Notes under the pieces: model-generated | Database searches by the model: none | The model's input: the letters and a program-made list of their open reading frames with translations, nothing else | Told to the model about the DNA's origin: nothing | Source of the DNA: an uncultured Oscillospiraceae bacterium | GTDB lineage: Bacteria; Bacillota; Clostridia; Oscillospirales; Oscillospiraceae | DNA: 64,000 bases | Assembly: GCA_964644305.1 (NCBI GenBank) | Contig: CAZXVA010000002.1 | Span: 4,964 to 68,963, forward strand | Direction: 5' to 3' | Program-made: the position numbers and the translations under genes | Shown here: positions 35,701-37,928 of the stretch, in pieces | How positions within the stretch are numbered: the stretch's first letter is position 1 | Layout: the number at the start of each line of letters is the position of its first letter

Positions 35701-36372
35701 GGGAATGGCGTAAGCGTCCGGTTCTTCGCCGGTGTCGGCGGCGACGGGCGGCTCTGTGCCGGGGTCACCGGCGGCGAAAGTCGTGGGAGTCATGGCAAGG
35801 GAAGTCACCATGGGAGTGTCAGATGCTGGCGTGGGTGCGCCGGTGGTGCCCGGCGTCGTGGACGTGGGTGTGCCGGTGGTGTCCGGCGTCGTGGACGTGG
35901 GTGCGCCGGTGGTGTCCGGCGTTGCGGGCGTGGGTGCGCCCGGCGTTGAGGACGTGGTCGTGCCCGGCGTTGCGGGCGCGGTCGTGCCCGGCGTTGCGGG
36001 CGTGGTCGTGTCCGGCGTTGCGGGCGCGGTCGTGCCCGGCGTTGCGGGCGTGGTCGTGTCCGGCGTTGAGGGCGTGGTCGTGTCCGGCGTTGCGGGCGTG
36101 GTCGTGCCCGGCGTTGCGGGCGTTGTGGGCGTATCCGTGCCCGGTGTTGTGGGTGGAGTGGGCGTGCTTGCGCCGACGCCGTCGGCAGGCGGCGTGACGT
36201 CTCCTCCTATTGAAGTTTGTTCTGGCTCTTGCACATTGTCGGTGGCATACGCCGCGCTGTGCAAGGGCGAGCAGAATGCAATCAGCATGCAAAAAACAGC
36301 AAAGAACACCACGGTGCAGATGAGCATCTGCATCGACTTGTTCGTTGCTGCTTTGTTACGCATGGTCATCAT
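8701..36372 (-). CDS. Giant secreted/surface fibre protein, 9,223 aa (about 0.9 MDa by rough estimate): signal peptide, Pro/Thr linker, very long beta-solenoid-like repeats with embedded helical, coiled-coil and non-repeat modules
   Basis: Single stop-free frame of 27,672 nt. GGGAG RBS 8 nt before the ATG. N-terminus MMTMRNKAATNKSMQM plus hydrophobic LICTVVFFAVFCMLIAFCSPL plus HSAAYA. A terminator follows the stop. Composition and periodic (V/A)GVGA(S/A)(V/F)A...N.T.A.(I/V)G repeats are typical of filamentous adhesin-like beta-helices. Confidence 0.9.
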   Translation of the reverse strand: MMTMRNKAATNKSMQMLICTVVFFAVFCMLIAFCSPLHSAAYATDNVQEPEQTSIGGDVTPPADGVGASTPTPPTTPGTDTPTTPATPGTTTPATPDTTTPSTPDTTTPATPGTTAPATPDTTTPATPGTTAPATPGTTTSSTPGAPTPATPDTTGAPTSTTPDTTGTPTSTTPGTTGAPTPASDTPMVTSLAMTPTTFAAGDPGTEPPVAADTGEEPDAYAIPAGSAYIREISKEVKYTNTSEKNAITTALEHALTYLKDIESSTEENAGKDRVATIVVEDGVYQGGVDLSSKSTDSVLADILLELLGVRNNPESTTPAPEMTIRIVAHDAIAEDENGQITFNANSAGNVKVEGAINIDIDGLNTLLAGIYLSTRDKVTIANAETVTYYGTSQDDVIDLDISDVYSAVTVDSGGGNDTVTVQITKRPNAGAKVGINGEGNPVETLKDISDQFSALASFDDLSKLEEGDVKTALTKIVESLKTDLAKSIESSVTQNHTVDVDIKLGGGEDRANIKLIDSSDILLATEVSTSGTAEAGSAELPIAYNFGFDIDLSAADIDIDGGDGDDTITVTGGRKLSFANNLLKAFIDYVQEQLNAKTDLPATTVDVTGGKGDDVITVDTTTAFSVWGEANVNAHGDDGFDRLHLTGKLNKDKDEAERIKVNSEQTEIDIQALAQVSILPDETDALSIDFTKLLKIIIDRIDALTDALLNKPTVNVDTLANGSILQSFTNYVVPTTDAEREVYDDKGERKDPIKYKQVDFSLADRNFIVPASGLLFTNIVLQEDMSNPFSGRIGIKRLLADGVNVVIIGDNIDVLGDGNDETVDITAKNLILSVYGEDTPYDGKAVNEVVYEDDLNSDNDVTIELGLYNAGRDVSINIFAGSEIVTTQAVDLAALLVLNKGFIPGADYISSLIDKEFNPVTLKFGNADIIIEGNIYAGGYVRAVADVDITIDASNELLAVAIPITMAVSAGHSKVVVGGNAIVKSGYFPDDASKRANAGVLLSANSRNDLTAYTFGGSTHFSISLTVVKFETLTKITGNASVNSGGGMKLLASSIVESTSYATGKVTDVWNVNPRSGVYVAGNFIFNDTQAVIDTALGVEAADDVDVVSFADARASTVSLAIPFNSADDAAAQITPFNMLDFIPALLGTENSEKTGVDKAVDKNKTLFNDASKTSSDEKEENPGKSQFMGALAVGYVENNNLAKIHSRSVKSGGALNLRATASSVSRLTSDGSLYRTPSLLGDDNFIQGTYLTKEQVPKNAIGAAIGIEVLIHGNEAIISHTDINDNKAVSPNIEAKSLNVVANTLAADSEAVVKSGHSPNDPEVKIAITGAVAVHVVNVNNCATLGLATYNINGGDVAVIATGRGNYITVGDASGKRTTAKIPVGPVTVPLAPAFKMTADSVGVGAGVAVEVINIDCFATVVDYASFGKAQQDANDNKYNTAENPVVYLGSLTVLADYCADFYLEAAAGAMGGKSVVPVVAVTVSSVNTKATVGNYNYDKKNYVTHLAGDLAVTANTFADRVMNVNAKAVGAKAGAGMAVGLSVITDSAEALLARSVKAKSVNVASESISRIEQTIYAGATGATPSPVTPTGASTGASLDELTKDTGEIGKERDNVTGGEHDTTNSLNPNSEAEKTAKKNEGVLAKLAGQLGSLAGKSTTLNSLKVSTMTQKRPAMQTTEGSVQVAASIATNVHFNSAKATIADGLTVECSGPVAVTALEDTDAVIRADSTASNSSTGVGAAVAVNYVEYENIAYVGARKIIGSDLTIRADVLEAENLRAVEEILTELVTYLAGVNNIQILVDALLKANGVDTFTDLINKEEYKKIYDEYIAGLNAKKDAGNLTKEEQDYLNLTPEQQKAKQEELLKDLVVKLVVESLQQKKTDTSTALMGGLAEAMVDEFIAMLSDPANILKFIIGDSSVENDFNTLVDQKAMQLEVTVDLLREAVAVSLATKYGTDSELDNVGNRISTIAISGAGGANVGVAGSLALNIVKATAKAILADLADPAEGDTVSLTGDAQLYAHSANKVYATATSSAANNGLPVKNKTGKAAPGTSVGVGASFAMTNLDATAEAITGAKRTISAASLAQQAIVHNDVDTASVAGQDPIGRQQSFQDYESITPVIGQPLPAGMTTTKDIAADASVALNIISNTVNALVKEGCVLTLTGGNLIETARVTGQDEETKQDIYEQANLYLRARQRGQTNASAGGFATGNKAAVGAAVAVNLATSDVNAKLLGSGTSTGKVIVDAETANEDEAQALALTYGAMLERVFEKIRMVVGILNATDDPPCGSLSNTVVSKLNGFGTVNKITGKVGSAPLMSTVLKSLGIDLPMADTSVSNSTAAGATGGMSAQTVTKPNGSTINIAAATAVNVTAHKANALIDGDFTAEAFDAQAINNANHRAYATGATVNIPQNPTIKGTSVSLGVAVSVNENEANSTVGGSLKSPSGKNTDGAVKVGATLTQNLDGKYPGLLAAQSLGGTVDASRGGLGLAGAVSVVKTNGKATALIKDGTASAAENPIPASEIIAKDIVVSASEKSKLSVRAGGLTAGRKAVGVGASFALIYDNNQTQARVGDYAKITGQNLTVSAKKLPVTDADYVFPFDQKNLFTAGNGSKDDDPNNKGLFHINITDGDDPNGKKNDNSIEVNLSTDKLLALVDMLNYLASVNYYIESIAGAINADLMQSGAAVAGSVSMLFAQNILSAEIGDNARIDLTPAEGDAFDADGGKATVEAANETHTRLISGALAITGSNGVGANVTGFDDRGSVNASVGKNTTLKAQNDIAITADAKNDVLAVAAAAAASAGASSQVAVGGTVNVIVTGNTVNASAGDASRLESVAGGVKVTADNVSDLMHIAASGSGTASGQVSVGGTFTTIVSKNKTNASIGDNASAIAAKDVAKDVVITANSAEQLINGLASVSAAPAATNAATVAGTLGVIVTESKTTAAVGKSAVVDAAKGNITVLSANDVRQIAVQTGVAASGGQVAVGASVNVGVFEQTVSTTVGESAKLTAGKNVTLAATGKNQTVVVSAEGTVSTAASVATVGGIVPTVVSNSKIYTTVGKDAAVENAADTTGKGATVEAGDTIAVYTDLDLGLYSAAGAATVAVAGQVGVGAVVSTMVVNNQVFTIVADNTVLKAKAAKPAGATDLGVKLPNRETKRRGVVVSADANTRLVLASVCAGVAPSAVAGVSGVVNTLVLSNKVKAIVGAGATVEAGDFAATGTDGDTGEGEEAASGDPNKDIEFTVESNDETEIYNLAGAVSVSSTVGVGATVVSMVYNKEMDAAVGASGTIKSRGSVNATANSEDYLYLIAVSFSGALGNVGVGVGANALVFENKLNSSLGGAIDADGAVNVTANADSSLYNLAAAGTASGTVAVTPVAVVTWFKGETNAALAEGADVTAKGDVTVKADSHEFVTSDVLGVAASGTVAVSGAVDLIISDQKTTALARKNAVISAKNINLAALDNSEIIGVVGVVAATGTAAVGVTAMVTVLHNTVTSGFADSDANLKKSTLASGAVNVAADALRDIRGYAANTTASGAAAVGTTIMVTVAGGKLTQDTRDALISSGTRLSQEDYDKLSEDEQKQYAKSQSGGFDSDGFIRLFGTLPAADDIRGLDAKLAADGTKQSDIKLGDENGEFDAQTGYVSDEFNNTDIVDADKDGNVALRGEDRKIDDDSASADIKAAAGIRAPEYEAKNAVSATIGKNVKITSTGDITVLANETLNSDMISATVAGSAYAGVAVNIAVNVLYSNVIASVDTGASLITDGNVTVKATSGTKSIAQGDDKTEKDNNAFISGLIADSENTGKLNLSSRTIRSVSTAVGGAIAGVSVPMAVVILKNNTLASLNGSVSGYTTGVKSVSVKAETVYDQILAVTGAASGGGVAVGTPITVIYSEGKLSASIGGNANIGGFAAQTADVTPAVDVATVATVNVVAASAAAAVGGVGVNAGIAVAVNRMHIDTFIGDAVVINDANLKKISALNTSNLTAEAWVVSVSGAASEAIGIAGAVTVVAPTVHTFIGLSPDSTDTSASSGAITAANADILVRNAVTSRSTPIAINVAAGGSFSTAGTLLLSFNDTVSVAAILRKPVTAHNIEINSASDATAVADFVGATAASMAVGASIGYAHLGARSEALMDTTGVAVNAVDVYVHADKRDPNPVSTDVGVIAPPPFDSEVVANIAKAEAKSITAVAGSVAANINLAIADNCSANIAKIFGSGSENGLTATGNVKIIALAKSSANAEVYGLNVAGKSVAASVAVAVLRSAQNAELVGGKAEAASFTVYSKLFAPTGDDNTATAALHIGTGAINSYYANIAVAYGRSKSTAGIAADALNVTGNGTVDIRTNDVANTLAKVVDLGLAYNEAGLMTAFAYSQGAFNAYLTLAADDTVNANAVTVKTYYTANAVTQLTPTAGIPASVGNIGIGVNVGVADAASTSTAKISGGTITATALTLSADGTATASATLTTPTVDLTAVSVGANVLVALVSAENYARLNGSTVNDASVSVTANLNDGEDDKAVAKLAGVSKSANVSFSAVKAEGSAAVARNDSVNEASITNSKINAKTKAVTVASKANSIAEAGVQTPTADIGYKAVGVTVIVALANGDFAAFIDNATNHDIDAASIDVTNTYIAKADAKTMQATGGVNLEADSVEANVATAIVNTKAEAGVRGGTLRAHNGSVTVKAGGTATADAGVTSNTVTLSGTKIAANILVAQLNAKQFAYIENADVTVDGESTAEAERTISVISELNKDKTDGATAKLGGVTNTMVDCTLLGANANSATATAAATSSAYVSASALTCTGAVEIKSDATSYATADIALPTEDVGLVSLGVNVLYANANGNYSAYLNGASSRVTAKELKITNTYTAKSSAKTTASKNGASVKAAEVNANVASATTGIAAHTGVNVANVTDRQDKTGTDDSSDADPNLTILAKLIISADGTATADAAVAKQPVNITIQSAVVNTLIATVSATQTARLNRATVEGESVTVESKFNDGDNEGASAVLGNLTDNTADGAITISENSAKVNTLTATMSGASSATVNGAKITATGAVTVKNTAKSYAKADTAGDTTKNNNDVYIGLVNLGAVTALARADGAFTASVENSTVTANTLEVNSAFTATAHSAVDQPKYGFTAYGVEANTASAKTGAVNKAFVSDSNLTIKDAFVNTAYDGKYNKYDSIRIYADGTATAFATILSPIVYVSVGNALLSTVLAEVAGENHAYISGGSVTAPKKTRVCAWFNDGDKQGAVAEIGAAYNAVSGATVTVNTVKANMTAQNHAHVSGTSFSPYNNQTGDLEILAKGNSYAKTGYNSGRFSLNGANLGLVEATSTATGDFDAYLDTTGANIDVANISVKVQYQSTADAKSTQPDGGVGINLVNANQNQANAIADTTSDAYINGSGGTVKAKTITVTVTSSGSSANADVDGKKVTIEGITLGRNYAKSQLNLTQKAYITSTADIDVSGIVTVEAKLENGKSTSEVGSNGGTNVSLINDSKQYADAYASLTNHAYITGAKLTSVGNMTVQALTTGTNITAKAEAVDTAVSVAALGAVHTHARLTKLDTQAYVGAGADIVTNYILIKSEATGTQLTSTPQVPNTAVSGVNVSEIHALADVLDSNTKAGLASGAKLRSLSNADIIADSATTLVSKTDKSNIKGISFLTIGRYRFEMIVDDSNNGHNAEVYLDGTLFANGDLNATATGNVNANSDLSSTTIGAVTSGENVITINVKKSSAKVNLGANADIEATGDVTLTALNNAKLTGKINTTSVGLSESSTAKIDIDWTRTQEISIGDNARLVSRYGNLSLLSGDSTKPTVSADLDMGGGGVIVSGKGPKADINLNSAITVKVGKGATVTALFGALALKTVDATAATADAYRNMGGLAGSNRSQANVTAWVASNILISDTTAGDANQAYLNGKTTEIISDIVQNLNAYATSITTAAGSSTDAYANIYAMDNEQFIRVDNAFVGGIDSLTIKIHTSSMDNNSSASATVQGATGSATAISNVYINNTIDNHPAIAEIYLSDKSHIAGQKINITALAPNVFSNRLVESAATASAKTATKWIVKIFTFGLADDGSEEANANATLAATGKVTLSGKVHLGGGAAGSFVEIDETGKLYYSGLSDEFKTDASVATIDASSIYLNPLYNYDRGFLTVDAFVGDSTVTNSLKNQKDYKDALKVSVSGGITIFDNSFLPNVVITNRSDKALHINQITTNNDPQPRPSLDIGGIKVNGYDHETPRLTVISDNGGDVIFDAEKDGTSVDQDVAEGIVTIEMNGGALTTAQGTAIWANRLTVTGAGTIGVSAGNRFNANITELAEVVYPAPFPAIAERETFVSLAADGNIYANLKHVLIGNKNANGVETMPNNPTLNLGDIVSENGEVDVKLDSPGKVVEEYRPIVDKDVHTPGKPDNYTEIDGVTSDKTISVTDNDGNTINYVISADGTIKNSSGDTYLNLADYCIHTDADSSYFLLPNQLVIRAIKDADGTLRFQSVSGGIDGVSYDFGDVRFELTSNGEISKITYMDGDTLSKEIDFTGSSVTINIGAAGGTIYLKRDSNATSWTLPDGTHIYLSGAFIDNTGDTTIEVEPKLFDVANNLYLLEEISTDRTDYHVVQLEPDGKTFKQGYIYKVTGYDLGEAKNLKDDDKQSFDDAKTAVDEALGSVDYDKCYNLEAIKDAVDTAVKGAISNEWKADIKYTIAANSSSVTISLTLKSTGTATDSETKTKSLTALFTNTSEASSELNSTDLTGTASLGGFGVKFTVKDDLKRSGKVTISDNKMTVKYGIYEFSTEYDETFKAYKVKDIGKTNAYYKARFNELKDLYFTYNGGNIGYFTFTQSSSGEVNGSTLNGGYKKTDGGLLFVDAVNAVNGIYYIQNKAVAFTASGELRLINIEYARDESGNVIDDISKATLMYGPEMTQAKDENGDNMYSLMQFEYKDPDNGDTITKFFSDGKDAAYQSILKELIAADEKLGEYNVNSYEMSLKAVKAENGKYVYDTTSLPIYAVSGAEQKSETTTEGTKYYYYVDSNGTLFTSKYSYEQLEKDSAAMASLLSAHGNFTPYYYYPRGTVTITPAGADGIEVTYMPYSENINISFAIGQDGAYGIVDRFTRVVLSDDDATGMPKGTLLYLDSDGNIVAAYTPEGIVRVYEQSTKLGTIATDGTTTTVTTTTEGIYTEFDSTHFHLTPNAKMLLHRAATGVYMLPQTLDMTSLLALNTDVPVSYLFKSDFFGESAGNVLVKLTRGDAETLDDAKLGELGFAYPTTAMEDFFTGAFISAITDSNGDVVMYVIERKDGTDTTDPTTIILLPDGVWYASDNTAGILKQNSARVIQELDTPTFVNMEETIQGEDVTIRFSGSSLNDNDDIVSDEKTNVIADNLLIIAENSGDIFEEEDPIVVKPFSKDKNTTNIKIVSNNNGAYGGTAYAKTLVDADITLHDTQLASGGSLKLDMHKGDATLDNVTVDASASLALSIANGGSITMNTVTADGTITATTQSGDLALSDTAVSGTANVTSDGDGAISLDKLAVSGTANVTNKGEGDADLTDVTVNGNGVLTVSTDSGNATLDDITVSTGGTLNFTTGAGNISLGNNAQQGSTTVAVNGDMTVTSGVGAIDLNKVTVGQGGHLIVDAGGKNADSVTDKNSPVTVDNLTVNGELDITTKRGDLLMHDAESKHTLGEDYDDENSTFNIDGDIGAPDLYYKIGYADGLDKPSLTLNITKVNNSFITQFTDIPTTLDGLPTIGHLEGDPANTEHDEAISGLAGENKTIKVTVPQQTGAELAAQLVNSGKLDDNELLALIGGKLTGADVKSALGISQSSAAATLEKLTDAEFAVLWSATAADQIVPALEPKLTDAEDIKAALSAAGVDTADLTPAELASRYDRLYAAKRQAHYLALADAILASLDDATARLTGDKVSAILPLAAGDAGITELLAAAIEATRVKTDADDTPVQATDETGDKLYLDANGALTTAPTGADGAANTPVYELEVIMSDETELFPAYWKSLSDEQKADLLALAWTESKGRYPAPVDETKPPRALILNIGESTGETYVLNVGDITVEQETGTFTAGELVSTHGDVAITAPVIEGVADKADITDAYVLNAYKVKFVGENNGAYGTAANVYAGKHTYTATAGGVGATTRLLTEQRTWKLSTIANIDNENTPPAEYNKTNNGSWSISRDADGKIKLSFDFDFTAVRDIDLASGTELTVTAKDDINIAELTGDQNVANAASENGSVTLAAPNGSQTVQTVSAKQDITLTASGDMTVTNLTAGNDATLTSGGKMDVTELQVGNDATLTADGDMTVTTLSAAHDATLTSGGKMDVTKLKADNDATLTSGGDLTATALEVGNDAALTADGDIILANLAAANSAALTAGRNVLDGREQGNANPNIKTKSAIITAKTGAIGASADKRIDVEIEDALTTDSALDTNLVARGDLTLIADTQTGALNVDGNGNLTIANTDKYNGGDLRLGAVSASGDVTVSAAGGFTLCDRLGRDAQVKGDNLTLSAANGSIGTAARPLRVDTNPGGVLNASAVNGTVNIVEVSDNMTVGAISATGSNSAVTLETVNGDIAESAKAQDDMLRKAVEAAQEAAKAQAKADALQDQFNVLENYVAALDKARDDIASSESAKVQAEADLNAAKAAEADAASGLAARRAEFAALENSAAAPGDLAQKRAEVAAAEAALDAARRDIADKRQALNSAQSDLASALASARYDTFNKVPGLDSASDAASALDALAAEKAAKAAELAKLEPGLNAAKADAAARRAEADALASAAAPSGITSDGDITLQLNRADGKANVGTRDNALGVTPGGKLTVSGGVGTALDSVFLEAGGDLVLNPIRANNRVDISAKGYITGANSVDRIIVAPTAGINSLSNVGASADNPLKISVDTVSASGVNVWLDNDKSLALDGVTAADEVGITADGDLTGDGDPTTDDIIGGNVDINATGNIGASDDPLDIEAGTISATGENITIKSDGDMTVDTITGKDVTISSGGNIADTGSHPAVSADNLDISAAGAIGTEDNPFNVHVPGKLVIATGFGHNFLLNSFFAEPATVVAIPAGIRVTGFISADAVLKVTREMLHADCPVCGYLAAVHPDLLIAQYKLELTGKWWGQLLVEIPVDAKYEGKVITLAYCVGGKLRVMHLTVENGYVSFYTDALYAYTLLDGVYEVATTPDGRQILVDSDANPIKTTATPAEAADSANTPASVEITDAPKADPNATANPDYPTRTLTARV
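10090..10700 (-). other. About 200-aa Ala/Glu/Lys/Asp-rich predicted coiled-coil segment inside the giant protein
   Basis: Translation AKAQDDMLRKAVEAAQEAAKAQAKADALQDQFNVLENYVAALDKARDD...AAKADAAARRAEADALASAA, with no Gly/Pro-rich coils and a heptad-like pattern. Confidence 0.7.
11357..11700 (-). repeat. Six tandem 57-bp (19-aa) repeats, FHA-like beta-helix coils
   Basis: GTGAG(G/C/A)G starts at 11357, 11414, 11471, 11528, 11585 and 11642, an exact 57-nt spacing. They encode QVGNDATLTADGDMTVTTL / SAAHDATLTSGGKMDVTKL and similar units. Confidence 0.9.
19400..23700 (-). repeat. Diverged super-repeats of about 230-250 aa within the giant protein
   Basis: The motif A(D/G)GTATA recurs near nt 23020, 22320, 21560 and 20820, with a degenerate copy near 20130 (spacing 690-760 nt). 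Each is followed by similar strings such as ...P..D.......G(A/V)NVL.A......A.(L/I).... Confidence 0.7.
35826..36170 (-). repeat. In-frame tandem repeats encoding a Pro/Thr-rich mucin-like linker
   Basis: Eight exactly phased 24-bp units (CGGCGTTG starts at 35941, 35965, 35989, 36013, 36037, 36061, 36085, 36109) encode TPATPGTT/TPATPDTT. They are flanked by 30-33-bp variants. Confidence 0.9.
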
Positions 36373-36449
36373 CGCTCACTCCCTTCTCGGATTAACCGGG
36401 TTAAAGACTGAAGATTATGCCTATATTCGTATGTATTTATCTGTAGTAA

Positions 36450-37757
36450 TTACGCCTTGGTTGTGGCTTTTCCGGCTTCATTATATGCGTCGATTTGGGA
36501 AATGATATCCTGCGCGGCCTCGATAAGCTCGGCATCCGAGCCGCTTTCGAGCGTCATTTTCATGTCCTGCGCGGCCTTGTCATAGTCCGCGAGGCGGACA
36601 TGGCACACGCCGCGATTATAATAGCCGAATTGAGGGAGATAGCCCTCCTCAATGGTTTTTGTGAAGTCTTCAATCGCCTCGTCATAGCGCTCAAGCGCCA
36701 TGAGGGACACGCCGCGATAATAAGCGTTGCCGGTCATGGCGGCGTTTTGCGCCTGCGCCGCGTCGAGGTATTCAACCGCCTCGTCATAGCGCTCAAGCAG
36801 CATGAGCGAGGCGCCCATGCGCTGATAATAAAGCTCCGGCGTGTTCAGCGCCGCGCCCAGCTCCGCCAGCTTTTCGCCGTATTCCACCGTTTGGCGGTAA
36901 TCCTCGCGCTCAAAGCAGCAGAGCATGATTTGCTCGATACACGCCGCCTCGTCATACCCGCTCTCCATCGCGCTTTCAAAGCCGGATTCGGCCTCGTCGA
37001 TTTGGCCGAGCTGCATCATGCATGCCGCGCGGAGAAAGACCGCGACGGGGTAATACGGCGCGTCGGCGGCGGTGTCGGCGATGTAGCGGTCAAAGTCGGC
37101 CACGGCGGAGGCATAATCCCCCGCGAGGAAGCGGCAGCGCAGGGCGTTGAGATAATGCGAGTCGTCGCTGTCGTCTTTGTCATAAAGGCGCTGATAGTCG
37201 CGCGCGGCGGCGTCATACTCCCCTGCCGCCTCGCGAAGCTGGGCAAGGGCGAGGGCGACCTCCATGTCATCGGGGCAGAGCGCGCAGTATTGCTCAAGGT
37301 CGGGCAGGGCCGAGGCGGCGTCGCCGCGCTCAATGGCAATCTGCGCGCGGAGCAGCAGCGCGTCGGTGGACTCAGCATCAAGCGCGAGCGCCTTGTCGAG
37401 ATACGCCACCGCGTCCCCCTTCTTGCCGAGGAGCACGCACACCGACGCGGTTTTGAGGTTGAGCCGCGCGGCCTGCTCATCGTCGCCCAGCTCGTCGGCG
37501 AGGGTCAACGCCTCTTTGAGGCAGACAAGCGCGTCCTCGTAGCTTTCCCCGGAAATGGAGACATCGGCAAGCTGTTCATAGCTGTTCATGGCGTCGAGCG
37601 TGAGGGAGGTCGTGGGCGCGGGGTCTTGCCGCGCCGTCACGACGGCGGAGGTGACAGCGGGCAGAACAAGAGAGAAAAGAATCGCGGCAACGAGCACAAG
37701 CGCCACTATTTTCAGCGGCAATATCCAGCCCTTTGTCTCTCTCCTTTCTTCGTCCAT
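36450..37757 (-). CDS. Membrane-anchored TPR-repeat protein
   Basis: Preferred start is ATG 37757 (GGGAGG 8 nt upstream); the track ORF extends to 37829. MDEERRETKGW plus TM ILPLKIVALVLVAAILFSLVLPAV, then about 390 aa of repeated ...Y..A...(L/Y)..A(L/I)......(A/P) TPR-like helices. The stop lies 77 nt from the giant-gene start. Confidence 0.85.
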   Translation of the reverse strand: MDEERRETKGWILPLKIVALVLVAAILFSLVLPAVTSAVVTARQDPAPTTSLTLDAMNSYEQLADVSISGESYEDALVCLKEALTLADELGDDEQAARLNLKTASVCVLLGKKGDAVAYLDKALALDAESTDALLLRAQIAIERGDAASALPDLEQYCALCPDDMEVALALAQLREAAGEYDAAARDYQRLYDKDDSDDSHYLNALRCRFLAGDYASAVADFDRYIADTAADAPYYPVAVFLRAACMMQLGQIDEAESGFESAMESGYDEAACIEQIMLCCFEREDYRQTVEYGEKLAELGAALNTPELYYQRMGASLMLLERYDEAVEYLDAAQAQNAAMTGNAYYRGVSLMALERYDEAIEDFTKTIEEGYLPQFGYYNRGVCHVRLADYDKAAQDMKMTLESGSDAELIEAAQDIISQIDAYNEAGKATTKA

Positions 37758-37876
37758 TCGCGTTTCCTCCCGCCGATTATTCCAATGTGAAGCCGCAAGT
37801 GGGTGCACTTCACGAATATACCTATACATCTGTCATTATACTCGAAATAAAGATTTTTGCAGTACCCATTTTCAAG

Positions 37877-37910
37877 AAAAATCAGCTATCCCCGCCGCAG
37901 TGCGGCGGGG
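37877..37910 (-). terminator. Strong hairpin after the regulator gene (terminator or attenuator)
   Basis: CCCCGCCGC (37890-37898), loop agt, GCGGCGGGG (37902-37910). On the minus strand it is followed by ATAGCTGATTTTTC, so the U-run is displaced by 8 nt. Confidence 0.5.
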
Positions 37911-37928
37911 ACGGACATTAGCGGTTTC

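Noticed and set aside
8872-35949. Very long plus-strand ORFs inside the giant gene: 8872..13395 (1507 aa), 13405..15528, 17014..19494, 19561..20913, 21016..23796, 27040..32844 (1934 aa) and 33310..35949.
   Set aside because: They are antisense shadows of a GC-rich gene whose sense codons (GCC, GGC, GTC, GAC, ACC) have stop-free complements. Their translations are Gly/Asp/Val/Arg low-complexity strings with no RBS and no motifs. They are fragmented, whereas the minus frame is continuous for 27.7 kb with a proper start, signal peptide and terminator.
11357-36170. Tandem DNA repeats (24-bp at 35941-36132, 57-bp at 11357-11700) as CRISPR arrays or non-coding satellites.
   Set aside because: The repeats are contiguous, with no unique spacers. 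They are in frame within the giant ORF, their lengths are multiples of 3, and they encode peptide repeats. No cas genes are present.
8701-36372. Interpreting the giant protein as a two-partner-secretion (FhaB/TpsA) or autotransporter passenger.
   Set aside because: I find no N-terminal TPS domain (no NPNL/NPNGI-type motifs), no C-terminal beta-barrel and no TpsB/Omp85 gene nearby. The surrounding gene content (DUF1292, BofC-like, yqe cluster) is monoderm Firmicutes-like. Only the repeat style is FHA-like.
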